A stretch of DNA of 64,000 bases from Leucoraja erinacea (Eukaryota): NCBI RefSeq assembly GCF_028641065.1, contig NC_073382.1, positions 51,770,001-51,834,000 on the forward strand, given 5' to 3'. Shown here one piece after another: positions 1 to 13,900 of the stretch; positions within the stretch are counted from its first letter, which is position 1; each line of letters opens with the position of its first letter. The notes under the pieces were generated by a model that saw nothing but the letters and a program-made list of their open reading frames with translations, ran no database searches and was not told the DNA's origin. The translations under genes and the position numbers were made by a program.

Positions 1-599
1 TCAGTAATGAGCTCAGTTCCCACACTTAGCTTAGAATCGTGATTGATGCTTTTATTAGGATCCTTATAGAACCTATCTGACCGAGCACTGTAGGAGGGGA
101 ATCCTATGTTTTCATCAATACTTTATCAGCTAATGCGAGTATGATTTACACTATATCAGTTAAAAGATCTTAATATTACTCTGACGGACAGCTGTGGTTT
201 TAGAAAACTAAGCAAACAGTAAACCTATAATTTCTATATGGCATTCAACTTTTTAATAATCTAACAATGAATAGTTTAATAATCTAACAACAAAATGAAA
301 GCCAAATGTTGTCCAATGCAATTTTTAGAATATGAATTCACATTACAACACAGAAGAGACCATGCTATTTCACTGGAGAATACAAAATGCTCTAAAGGAT
401 AATGGGCAGCAAAACACAGTGGTGGAGGAACTCTGTGGATCAGGCAGCACCTGTGGAGTCATTGAATGGACCACGTTTTGGGTTGGAACCCTTATTCAGA
501 TTGATTGCAGTGGGGGTGGGGGGTGTTGTGGGGAGAAAGCTGAACAAGAGATGAGTGTGGGGACAAAGCCTGGTGCTGATGGTTGGATAATGGTTATTC

Positions 600-1429
600 A
601 GTGGTCTGCACGAGGAGAAGAAGGACGTCTTCGGGCAGCCGCCCTATCGGGTGGCTAGGCCTTGAGCAGCGGCCGGCGGGGTAATGGACTGGCCTGTCTC
701 TCTCCTCACCCCCGAGGCCGTCAGGCGGGAGTCGGTGATGCTGGGGGCTGCTATACATGCAGCCCCTGCTGCAGCTGGTGGGGGAACTGCGGCTGGTGGG
801 GGAGCGATGGCAGGCGCAGCCTCTCAGCTCCGGGCAGGTCCTGCGGGAGAGAAAACGAGGGCCGAGGCTGCTGCGCCGCTGACTGCTGCGGTGGGTCAGG
901 GATGTGGGCGGGCGACCCTGGCGGCCTGCGATCAGCTAGAGGCATGAATCAAGCGGCCCGACCGCGGCAGCAGGAGCCAAGACGGCGTCCGGTTGCCGCA
1001 CAGTTAATGGCTGCATACATAGCGTTCATTACCGTAGAGCTGGGCTGGGCTGTTGGCTGCAGACATCAGGTCACCACCAATTTGAAATCCAAAATATCCG
1101 TTTTGGAACGTCGGGTCACCAGTGTAGAGACACAAACGTCGTGAATAAATGGATTCTTTAATCAGGCATTGTAGGTTAGATATACATGCACGTTTAGCAC
1201 TCTAACATAATAGTCATTGTTGTTGCTGAGAGGGAGTTGCCTCGTGGGGTCGGTTGAGCTCCTGCTGAGGTGGCAGGACACTCTCATGAAGAGAGAGGAA
1301 GAGGAAGAGAGCGAGAGAGGGAAGGTCAGTTCTTATATACTAGGGCACACCCCTATATCCCGTGACTCCTTCCTGTGACTGCCGGGGATTCGCATAGCAA
1401 GAGTGGCCTAACAACTAGGTGCCGCTACA
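600..1429 (-). mobile_element. Truncated LTR retrotransposon (Gypsy-type): 5' LTR 1123-1429, tRNA-Trp-like PBS 1109-1121, GC-rich internal remnant
   Basis: LTR termini TGTAG...CTACA; ATTAAA polyA signal; TGGTGACCCGACG 1 nt after the LTR (tRNA-Trp PBS consensus TGGTGACCCCGACG). Left boundary approximate. Confidence 0.7.
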
Positions 1430-1469
1430 GTACTGTGCTTTCACATAGAAAATCAGAAGTGGCACCATA

Positions 1470-1669
1470 GAGGCACCTTGCGTTTTACGCAAAGATCATG
1501 TTTCTGAAAAGCAGCGCGTAATTCAAAAACATGTCAATTAAACATACTTTCAAACAGGCCTAAATTTGAATGCGTTATCTCAAAAATAAATTAGGTTTAC
1601 GTAATAATTAAACCAGCGTGTCATTTCAAAAATGTACAAATCGAACACGTGTAAAATACGAGGTGCCTG
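1470..1669. mobile_element. MITE, Tc1/mariner (pogo/Tigger-like)
   Basis: TA flanks; imperfect TIRs gaggcaccttgcgttttac / gtaaaatacgaggtgcctg. Confidence 0.6.
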
Positions 1670-1727
1670 TATTGTTAAATCAGCACACAAATTGTTTTCA
1701 TGACATAAAGTTTTCACATCTGTTTAC

Positions 1728-1933
1728 CTGTTGATCTGAACTTTATGTTCCTTCATTAAATGAATTTCTGCTTTGGCATTTTTGAGAAGTGCACGTTTGT
1801 TTTCAAACTCAGACGACTTCATATAATTATCAATACTCTGATACTGTGCATCAGAGAACCGTGCCAACGATAAAAATGCTTCAATTTTCCCATTGTGAAC
1901 TATGTCCTTATGTTGAATGCTATGAGTCACAGC
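1728..1933 (-). CDS. ATM: ATM exon (~human exon 49), 206 nt
   Basis: attcag|AVTHSIQ...[38 protein letters not shown]...QIN|gtaaa. Confidence 0.95.
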
Positions 1934-4900
1934 CTGAATAAACAAAAAGCAATAGTCTAAAACTGTGTAATATTATTGCCATTACATTTGTTTGAAAGTT
2001 AAAAGTCCAATGTTTCCCCAATAGGTCAGTACAATACAGAAATAACTGGTAATTTACTCCTTACTTTTTCTAAATACATCTGCATGATAGTGCCAGGGCT
2101 TTCTAAACATGTTTCTGCCAACCAATTTCCACACAGTCTCAGACACTCAACATAGAGTGGTACTAATGCTTTGTCATCAGTTCCCTAAGAAGAAAAAACA
2201 GAACAGGTGGAAAATTATAAATGCAACAGGATTCTAAAATTAAGACCACAGCTGAATACCGAAGAAAAGGTAAAATGATAGGGACTATCAACTTGGCTTA
2301 ATGATGCATATTCAACGTTCTTGAAAATCTTTTCAATGCCTACACAACAAAACTGTGAAAGTAATTTCAAAAGTCATGTAAAGATCTGTATGAGCACGAA
2401 TGGATTGTAACGCTTCTGCGTTTTTACATCCTGAAAATCCATTGTTAGAGGCAGAGTAAGAGAGACTTCTTCAATTCTAATCCAATTGATGTGCACAACA
2501 ACAGAAAAGGTTGCGTTTCTTTTGATTTTGGAATGGCTTACCTGTTCTCATCATTGTATTAAAAATATATTTCCAATACAACTGACACATTGTCCTTCAA
2601 ATTATGTCATCAAGTATTTATACATTTACTTTGCCCTCAATAAATAATAACTATTTGCCTTAATTTTTTCCATTTATGTGTTTTGCTTGCAAGACGAAAT
2701 ACGTTGCAATCACCACAATATTAGATTAGCCAGGTTTTTGGTCGTCTATCAAGGGTTTATTTTTGAGATGGCATTCAAATTTAGGTCTGTTTAAATGTAC
2801 GTTTAATTTACATGTTTTTGAATTTCGTCCTGCTTTTCAGAAGCATGATCACTTACTTTTACTAATTCTGATTAAACCATTTTTAGTATTTGTGTAATTT
2901 GAGCCTAATGAACTTACCTCTAGCTTGTCAATCATCTGTTTGAGAATATCAAGAGAAAGACTCTGTTCCTGTTTATCCCAAAAGACTTGGGCTTCTTCCA
3001 GCTGCCAGGTAGAAACACCAAACCCAACTGGATTGTGCTGTTTGATTTGGAAAATTGCCTTTTCTGCCAACTGGAACCAAACAAACGTTATAAATATGGA
3101 CAAATTGGAAATAGTGCGTGAAAACAAAATCAGTTCCTTTGTTAATTATTTTGGTACAGTGATAAATGAAGCTCCAAGAAATGCATTGAAATCACATGCT
3201 GCTTTTAATTATAAGACTACAGATTAACATCTTAATAACTTAACATTTTGTATCACTTAATGCCCACTATAAAAAATGTCAAAACGAAGCTGAACCTGGG
3301 AATTTTTTGCTGCTCTTGCTAATTTTGCCATTTCAAGTAAATGCTCAGTCAGAGCATCTTTAATGAGTTCCTTCCTTTGACCATCCATTTCTTTTTTGAT
3401 AAGCAGCTCTTGAATGACAGTCCTCATGGTTAAGACAGGCTCCTGGAATGTAAAGTCACTGTCCTTGAGAAGCAGAAGCTGTTGCTGCCATTTTCTGTGT
3501 ACTGTATTCAAAGCATCATCTGGGTCAGATCTGAAAACAAAGAAATGTCACGTATGAAAATGAAAACATTTAGAAAATGATTCTCATTATTTAGAAAGCA
3601 TTATTTCTTTTTGCCCTCTTTTCGATGAATTTCCTTTGTATCCATTCCAAATCAGCAATGTTGACTTCATTAATCTGTTATTCAACAGGCATAATGCAGC
3701 CTTAGTGGCTATTAGTTAAACAGCCAACTATAAGTAGCAATGTTACAAAATTTTGAGATTTAAAAAATCAAGTCTGCAATTTATCCCATCAGATAAAGCA
3801 TAACAATAAGTTGAATTTGACACCTAATTCACTTTCATATCTCGATTAATAAAAAGGTTATGGCCATTTTCATACTCGGAAATTAGCATCTTGTTCCCTA
3901 TTGATTTTCTATGGACATAACAAAAAAGCTGTGATCGTGGACAGTCAAAAGCCCATAACCTTCTTAAAAATTAAGAGAACTGAATGAAATTTTCAGTTAT
4001 CATAGATTGAAGCATTCTGAAACAAATATAAAATAATCTTACTTGGATGACCTGAAATTAAAGCTTATAATTAGTTAGTTACCCAATTGTAGCTAATTTC
4101 AAACTTCAATTGCTATATCTAAACATCTATCCATTTCTTAATAAATGATTAACATTTTTAAATAGCCCAAGTGTCCAAATAATATTCACAAATAATTCAC
4201 AATAAAACATGATTTTTAAATCTCATTTACATCAATTTATAGGCCAAATGGAAGGAAATTTAGTGTTCATTTGCTGTAAATTAAAGTCTATTTTTAGTGG
4301 GTTCCTGTGAACGCGCTGGTTTAGAACGTTCACATTGCGCTGGATTTGTGCCCTCAAGTGCCCAGAAAAATACTGCGGGATATAAAGAGCCCAAAATGAA
4401 CTACTCGCTATAGAAAACTTTATATACAGGGTTATATACAAGCCCCATTTAATGTTTGCTTTATAAAACCCTGGGGCTGCGAGAGGTTGCGGAGTGAGAG
4501 AGTGATTTTTAAACTACTATAAATATTATACAAGGCCATAAAAACTAATAATACCTTTTGCGACGGGGTCTTTCAGCGATTTTCCGTTAATGATTTACTA
4601 GGCTGAACATTTTCGATTGGAACAGCCTAGTAAAAATCGCGTTTTAAACCCGCCCCCTCTAAACAGCGCCAAAATCACACACAAGGGGTGGGGCAGATGC
4701 TCAGCCACGATTCAGGTAGGTTTTGTAACATACCTACTATAAGGAGAGGTTATTTAAGTCTGGTGACTGCAGTTAAGTCTAGCCCTGTCCTCACCAGTCC
4801 TTCAGCCACGTACATTGTTTAGTTATTTAAGTAAAAATAATTTAAAACTTGACAAAGACTAATTATAATCCTCAATACAAATGATGATAAAACATCAGTT

Positions 4901-7900
4901 CGTTACCTGCAGAGCATGTGCCCGATGATTTCTAGTTCTTCCAGTATTTGCAATCTGCATAGTGTGGGGTATAGAGAGTAGACAGACTCCAGGCTTCCTT
5001 TGCACAATTCTTCAACTTCTTTAATTCTATCATCACAATAAATTGAAACTCAATTAGTTGGAATGGTTGAAACACAACGTATGAAATATAGTTGAGGTGA
5101 GCAATTGTATCAGATATTGGCAGGCTCAGGTTTTACAGGACTTCTAACGACAAGGAAAATGGAAATTTTCTTTATTATGCCAGAAGTAGATAAAATCTTG
5201 AACAAATCATCTGCAATGAGTGAAACGTTACCTGGCAACCTTCAAAACCTCATGGAAGGCAGAGAATTCTTGGTCTTTCAGAGACTGCAAAGCATGGTAC
5301 ACAGATTCATGATACCCAGGTCCCGAATTCCCACCTCTGGGAAAAGACAACAAAAAGTTTCCAATCATTTTGGAAAACAAAGGAAGAATCAAAGAACATG
5401 AGCATCGGAAAAGTGGAGCAAAATCCGTAGCATAACATTTGCCTTCCTAATGGGCTCGTTATCTACAGGTTAATTTTTTTGTGATTTATGTATAGGGACC
5501 CATAATCTGAATGACGTCTCTCTATTGTTAAAACACATTTTGCTCTTCTATTCTTCTTATTGAAGTGGACTCCATCTATATCTTCTTTGTTTATGCATTA
5601 CAGTACGGAAACAAGCCCTTCAGCCCAACTTATCCATGCCTACAAGGTTTTATAACTAAGCTGGTCTCATTTGCCTTTGTTTGTATCTGATCACCTCTAA
5701 ACCTTTCCTATCCACATGGGGAGCATCCACGAGAAAAGCAGTAGCGCACTCGTAATAGACACGTAACTCCAAAATAAAGCAGTGGGCTAGAGAGAATTGT
5801 TTATGTAAGTGTGTGTTCATGTAAATCGCTTATTGCATAAGTCGGGGAGTGCCTGCATTTTGATTGTGATCTGGTTTGAAGTCCAAAATCTGTATTTATA
5901 ATTAATGCATGTATGATAAGATGACAATTTTACCATAAAAGTGAGCGCAATTCAGTTTATTGCAGCAGAAAACGTTGTATTTACTTGCTTGGAGGGATAG
6001 GATCCCACTGCATGTTTCTCCAGGCTGCCTGGAAGCGGATTTCCTGCAGTTCCTCACACCATTCTGTGTTTTCAACTTCAAGCCCCTTTAGATATGTAGT
6101 TAGAATATGGCATAGTCCAAAGTTCTGTAAAGCCTTCAATAAACAAGTACAAATTAATCTTGGTTATCATCAAACTGAGCATGTTAAATAGAAAAATTCA
6201 CGCAGAAAAGCAATGTCCACAAATAGATTGGCATCTTATTAATCAATAGTTGTCAGTTGACGGCACTATCTTGACTCCCTCCATTACTTAGCTTATAATT
6301 GTGATATCAACATACAGCAACTGCAACTAACCCCAAGTAGATGTTAGCTATTTTTCACGAGTAGATTATTTTGGTTTCATGGTTTTTTGTAATTGAGGAG
6401 TGAGTGAGGTGCTACTGTTTAATGCATCAAATTGCGTCCCAGATATTTAGTATTCAGCATCAAGGCACATTGTCCCAATTTCGGAGATAGTTGTGGAACA
6501 CAATAACATGAAATGGTGGCTTCATTTTGAAGACAAGAATTTTGACTTTATTTTTATTAGTGCTCAGCTGTGTGTGTAACTTGTCAAGTAGTTACAAACT
6601 TCCGCTGATTCAATAAAATTTAAGCAATGGAAGTCATCTGTTATGAAAAAAAATTGTTTGCATGTTATCCAGTCAAATCATACAAAGTATGAATACAATC
6701 AAACCACATATAAGCAACAGGAAATGCAGAGAAAAAAATACCAGACGTGGAAGGGCCACAATTGGTACAATTGATCACTTCCCTCAGGACTGTCAAAGCT
6801 GCCAAAGCCAGACATAAAAACAGCTTTTTTCCCCCATGAGTAGTAGCTCTACTCAATAACCAAAAATCTGCAGCCTCCTTTTGCTCTGGTATTTTATTTA
6901 ATTCCCATGTTTAATCAATGATGTTTTATTATTAATGTTTAATTTTTTATGTATCATTCTTAACTGTCACTATATGTCATGTCACTTGTGGGCGGAGCAC
7001 CAAGGCAAATTCCTTGTATGTGAATACTTGGCCAATAAACTTATCCATTCATTCATTCACAATGAGAAAGCATGGGTGACGTTTCGGGTCGAGACCCTTC
7101 TTCAGATTGAAGAAAGACATTATATAAATGCACGCCTTTCTTTTCTCATCAGGATTTTTTGTAACTCTGAGCTTTTATCTTTTAGAAACATAGAAAATAG
7201 GTGCAGGAGTAGGCCATTCGGCCATTCGAGCCTGCACCGCCATTCAATATGATCATGGCTGATCATCCAACTCAGTATCCTGTTCCTGCCTTCTCTCCAT
7301 ACTCCCTGATCCCTTTAGCCACATGGGCCACATCTAACTCCCTCTTAAATATAGCCAATGAACTGGCCTCAACTACCTTCTGCGGCAGAGAATTCCAGAG
7401 AATCACCACTCTGTGTGAAAAACATTTTCCTCATCTCGGTCCTAAAAGATTTCCCCCTTATCCTTAAACTATGACCCCTTGTTCTGGAATCCTTAAACTA
7501 TGACCCCTTGTTCTGATGCTAATGAGGAAGAAACCAAAGGAGCAACTGGGCTGAAATAGTTTTGCTCCCAATTGCTAGTGATTATTGAATAAATAATTAT
7601 GAAATTATTCTTATTGAATTTTCATTACTTAGGTTGCTGGTTGAGTACTACAGTAATGGCATGACTAAATCAAAAAGAATATTCTTTCAGGCTCATTCAC
7701 CTCACCACAAATACAATGCAATGCACCAGTAAATCAAGATAACATTTTGTAATGTTAAGGGCCTGTCCCACTAGGGCGTCATTTGCGCCTCATTTACGCG
7801 ATATCATTTACCCGTTGTGATGAGCACGTGATGCGCGTATGGCGAGGCATGGTGGCGTAGGCAGTTAAGCGCGGTTGCGCGCGGCGCCCCAGGATTTTGG

Positions 7901-10900
7901 GATTCACAAAATCTTCGAGCTCCACCTGCGTGACGCGCAAATGACGCCCAAGTGGGACCGGCCCTTTACTCCTTCAGTGATATCTGTAGCACATGAGGAT
8001 TGCAGGCAAGTAGCTGGGCATTTAAAAAGCTGCCAGAAATAGTGAAAATACCCAATACCATAGAATGGACTGCCATGGAAAAGTTCCCTAACATATTCCG
8101 CAGATTTACTGAACGAAAACAGTGCAGATCACTTTCTGATTTTCCATCATCTAAACTAGGCAATTATCGTGGTTATAGTTACATAGTGCATGTTTAATAC
8201 TAGTGTTAAGACCCCTATGAAAATAAACTACCTGGACAATACCAGCTTGGCGTGTAGAGACAGGAAGATTCATTTCAATGTCATATGTTACAAGAGCCTT
8301 ATCCCACAGCACTTCATGCTCATATGTTCGAACTCTGTTACATTGAAAAACAAAATATTAAACATTAATAACATCTAAAGAATTAGGATTGGTTGCAAAT
8401 GAAATTAAATATTAGCGGGCATTTTGTGCAGGAATATCTCTTGTATATTGTCTGAAACCAGTTTCTTGGAAATATTACATTCACCTGTGCACATGATAAA
8501 TATTTGCAGATGTGCATCTTAAGTTCAGTTATACGAATACCAACTCCCATTTTGAAGCTCTAGAAATACTGAGCAAAACATGATCGATTAAGAAAATGGT
8601 ATTCCCCATAGTCTACAAATCTATTCCAATCCTGCTTACTCCGTATCGTTAGAGATTCACCTTTATTAAATATCTAATTATCTATGTTCCACTGCATAAT
8701 TATATTTTCTATCCAATCACCTTTAGTAAGTAATTTATTTCTCATGTCCTTGCAGTTACCATCTGATGCTCTTGTTGGATCATGGCAGGGAATTTGAAAT
8801 ATGTTGTCCTGGGGCCACCCTTCAAAGGACAATCCTGGGATAACATGGTCTAAATAGTATAATATTAAGTCCAGGCATGTACTTAACTTGCGTTCATCTT
8901 TGGACCTCCATGCACTGTACTGAGAGCTAACACGCTGCAGCTTGACCTCAGTGACCTGTGCTTGGTCCCTGACACTGCCCCCCTCCCCCGCATACTCAAA
9001 CTCTCCTCTGACATTGGTCCTGATCTTCCCATCAGTGTACTGCTGCTTCCCAATTCCAGGACCTACTTTCCCAACGTGCTATATTTCATCCTAACCATTC
9101 CAACTACCAAGTGTTGGTCTCTTTCTTTCAATACACACTGCCCGATTCTGCTTATCTTCCAAGATCAAATGACTGTCTCAGAATTCCCATCTGTACTTTC
9201 CCCACCAAGGTCACATTTCTTCCCCAACTACCAAGATTCAGACTCTGCCCTTATCCCCCACACCCCTACCCTGTAAGCTGTGCTCTGATGTCCCCCAACC
9301 TTAGGCTTGGGGCCGTCAACATCTTGATACCAAATTCAAAATAATTGCAGGGAAGTGAATTTATCACTGCTGCAAAGTCTAAGAAGTACGGTAGGATTTA
9401 TAGACAATAATGGGAGAAAGAATACAGAATGTAACTAAATCAGTCAGTCATAGTGGGAAGTATCAATAACCTCAGGTTTTACCTGGCAAGTGGGTGCAAC
9501 ATCTTCCCTCCACCACAGCCATATAAACTATCAGGTTCTCCTATACTTCTGTAGACTTCAATCAGTAGCTCCTGTTGGAAAATACAACATCTTAAAGACG
9601 AACAAGATATTTTATCAACTTACTTTCTCTGATGCAGTAATACTATTTCCTGGAGCCTTTTGACCTGCCAAAGATTGCCCTTATTTATTATGAAAACTTT
9701 TGTTTATTATTAATTCAAAGGTGCAGACATGGATAAAGGCTATCTGACTGAGTTGGTTGTTGATGGTATGCGATCTGGTGATGAGACCTCATGGAATATT
9801 GGATTTTGCTCTAGATAGTAAGCAGAGAATTGGTCTTCTGTTTGGCAGACCCTCAGAGTTGAGGACGATATATTTTCACTGAGTAATAGAAAATGCATAT
9901 TCCCAAATTTCTTTCATATGTGATGACTTTTCCACATCAGCTATCACAGGAACATGACAGAGCAACAGGTAGGAAGGTTAAGAATGACCATGGTGATGAT
10001 GTTCCCTGCGTCCTACAGGAGACGGCTCTGTAACTACCATGACTAAAGGCATAATAATGATGTATCTTGGCATTTCCTCCTTTTTCTAGACATGGGTGTA
10101 TGTGAGACTTACATTTCTCTGCTAAATTTTAGAGCCACAAAGGATACCATCCACTTCTGAGACATTTGGATTTGGTATCTTCAAATTCTCATTGGTCAGG
10201 GGTGGAGACTAGGTCAGATGCTATTGGACGGCGTCAAGGTCAAGGACACAGTCGGGGTTGAGTAGTTATTTTAAGTATTCACCCCAAAAGATGCTGAATA
10301 CTTCTCTGTCTTGGTAAATTCATTTCTGTTCTTGTTCACTTTTGCTCGCTATCATAATCTCCTTGCTTGCAGAGGAGATTAGTTTCACTTTGCATCACGT
10401 TGGCACGGTTATTGAAGGCTGAAAGGCCTGTTCCTGTGCTGGTACATGTCCAATGTCATCTATTATTCATAGATATTTCACTGTTATAAGACGAGGTTTT
10501 AGAGATATAGAATGGAAACAGGCCCTTTGGCCCACCGAGTCCACCCTAACCAACAATCACCGTTCACACTAGTTCTGTTTTCTCAGAAGAACAGTGCTGG
10601 GGTGTTTGACCTCCATGGGGAACATGGAGAGATGACTTTTTGGATTGGGACACTTCTTCATTTGAGAACTTCTTCAAAGTCGGCCTACCTTGAGGAGATT
10701 TCACAATGGAGCAGGGCAGTGTAGAACCTTATTTTTGTAAACCAGTATCTGCAGTTCATTATATAAACATTTAAGTTCTTGTCTCGGAGACTTTGTTGCA
10801 GATAGGAGATGCAAGAGCCATTTACAAAGTTTCTGTACCTGTAAGCTAATCCCCGTTTCTTCTCTGCTTTTACTGCTCAAGCTGGAGATTGTTTGTTCTT

Positions 10901-13900
10901 GGCTGCCTTCATCAAACTTTAAGATGCGAGCTGCTCTGCGAGAACTCCTAAATACCATAAATAATTATTTTTAAATGAATTGTGTTACTGAAGCATCTTT
11001 TGCAAGTACAGGTATTTGTTACCAGTTATACAAAAAATAACCATTGACATGTTAGTTTTGCAGCTACTGCTACATTTTATTTTTACACTAAACATTCCTT
11101 TGGGTTAATTTTTGACCATCAAAAATTATTAAGTTTGGGCTGAGTGGGAAATTAACATTTGGAACCCAAATCCAAGCCATACTTCATCCTTTAATTTAAT
11201 TTAGAGATACAGTGTAGAAACAGGCCCCTCGATCCACTGAGTCTGAGCCCACCAATAATCACCTATTCACACTAGTTCTATCTTACACACCAGCGACAAT
11301 TTAGAGGCCAATTAACCTACAAACCTGCACGTCTTTGGAATGTGGGAGGTAACACCCAGAGAAAACCCACGTGATCACAGGGAGAACGTAGAAAGTCTGT
11401 ACAGACAGCACCCGTAGTCAGGATCGAACCTGGATCTCTGCTCCTGCAAGATCAGCAGCTCTATCATTGCGCCACGGTGCTGCTCACTTTACTGAAGGCA
11501 TGAGATGGACAACTAAAAAAAATTACTCTCAGAATGTGGATAGATCAATGAAAGCTTTTACGCGGGCTACAAAACTTCATTTCAACGTGCAGCGGTATGA
11601 ACATTGACTTCACTAACTTCAAATAGCCCTTGCTTTCCTCCTCTCTCCATAGGGAGGTTGCACGGCAGTCGAGGTCACGACCCGTGACCTGTAATGTTGC
11701 CATGCAACGCCAACTGGAGTACTCACGGTGAACTGCAGGTAAGCATTTACTATTGGTGCCAGCACAGAGGGCCCTTCTTCTGTCCCAGCATCTGGGGGGG
11801 GGGGGGGAGGAGGTCAGGGGTGTCGGTGGCTCTGGGTGGGCGGAGGGACGAGACCGTCCCCAACTCTGCTGCAGCTTCCGGAGCTGCGGCTCCGTGTGTG
11901 TGCGCTGCCGACCCACAGCCCGTGACAGTGCGGCCCACAGGGGGAGACGGGGCAGAGAGCGGCCGTAGCCGGACAGCGCTGACCCCAGGGGGGGTGGGGG
12001 AGGGGAAGAGTGGGGGCTGTCCCGATGGATGCGCTCCTTCTGCCGCTTACACCTTGTTGCTCGCGTTCAGAGCAACGATACTCGAGCATTTGGTTCAGAG
12101 CGCTCAGTCACCCTCCACAATTATTTACAGCACAACAATTGACCGTTTTGGCAGCTTTTAACAGGTAAGAAAGTACGCGTTTCGTGTGTTAAGTGTATTC
12201 CGAGGCTGCCATGTCCTCCAGATGGATTGAGCTGCTCCATGCTTCACGCCCTTTGACCCGATGACCTTACGCGCAACCCCCGTATACCCTCCTGCTTCCC
12301 CCACCAGTCTTACTGTCTCCAACTACATTCTATCTCTGTCCCACCCAATCCCCTGACATCAGTCTGAAGAAGAATCTCCACCCGAAACATCACCCATTCC
12401 TTCTCTACAGAGATGCTACCTGTCCCGCTGAGTTACTCCGGCATTTTGTGTCTATCTTTAGTTTTGAGAAATTAGGCACATCTCAATTTCTCCAGTTATG
12501 CTGGTTACCAGTCAGTGATCCTGCTTCAGTTTTACTTAACTCTCGAGAGCCAGAGCACATATGTTTAAAGTGAGGGGAGAAAGATTTAATAAGAAACTGA
12601 GGGATAACTTTCTCCCCCACAAAGGATGGTGAGTGTATGGAAGGAGCTGCCAGAGGTACTATCACAACATTTAAGAAACATTTAGATAGGTACATGGATA
12701 GGATAGGTTTAGAGGGATAAGAGCCAAATGCAAGCTGGTGTAGATGAGACATGTTGGTTGTTGTGGACTTTGGGCCGAAGGGCCTGTTTCCATGCTGTTT
12801 GACTTTATGACTCTCAATTTTTGTTCATGCTCTGCCATAGAATTTAAAAGGATAATTAAAATCTTCTGGTCTTAACTTTTAGATGTCTCCCTTAGTTGAT
12901 CCCTTAGTGATCCTTTGTTTGCAATCTTAACCTATTATTCTTTCAATGTTTACTAACTTTAGCAAACAAAAATACAATGAGCCCCAATACATTCACTATA
13001 GACTGAGGCTCCACATTAAAAAAAATAACAAGGTTCCAGATAAATTCACATAGCTGTCAAATCAAAACAGAAAGCTGTTGATTAAATATATATTATTTCA
13101 GACAATTTAAGAACACAGTGAAACTTTTGCAAAATATGGTAAAGTTTAAGATGGCACTATTTTATATTTTAGGGCAAATTGTTATTTGTTTGTGGACACA
13201 CTGAAGGTCATAGCAGATAACTGAAGAAGGGTTCCAATCCGAAATGTCACCCATTCTTTTTTTCCTGAGATGCTGCCTGATCCATTGACTTACTCCAGCA
13301 ATGAGTTTATCTTCAATATAAACCAGCATCTACAGTTCCTTCCTACACATGACTTTTTATGATTTGCTACAATTTAAAGGGAGTACCGTTTCAACTCTTC
13401 CTCGTCAGATCTGATTTTATCAGCATAGATTTCTGCATAAAGCAAGGCTGTAAAGTGAGCTGCACATGACTGGGCTGTCAAAGCAACCTCCAAATAATTC
13501 AGATCCAGCCAGAAGTTGTCATCCCATACAGTGCTCAGCTGATGTCTGAAATGAGAAAAATATCAAAAATCAAAAATAAAAGTTTTCTCTTGACTTAATT
13601 TCAAACATTTAAAATTAAACTAAATCAATGATGCTGTATCAACTTGAAAAATATGATAGTATTGATGCAACATTAAAATAAAATCACTGTGTTCAGGTTA
13701 TTCATTCCAGTAACAGTCTGATAAACAAGGCAAGATGCAACCATTCACCAATACTCATAGGGACTTGAATTCTTATGAAGAGTTGCAGCTTTTTTTGCTA
13801 ACCTACTTTTCTTCTTCAGATGCTGAATGATCTGTTGTGACATTTCAGCATCATCTGCTACGTAAATTAAAAGAATATGAACAAATTTTGTTGAAACCTT

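Noticed and set aside
252-290. Short direct repeat tttaataatctaacaa x2
   Set aside because: Ordinary slippage duplication in an AT-rich intron.
11400-11483. tRNA genes at SINE heads (also ~21261, ~24760, ~37770, ~50280)
   Set aside because: Degenerate cloverleaf fused to a V-domain and a LINE tail; these are SINEs.
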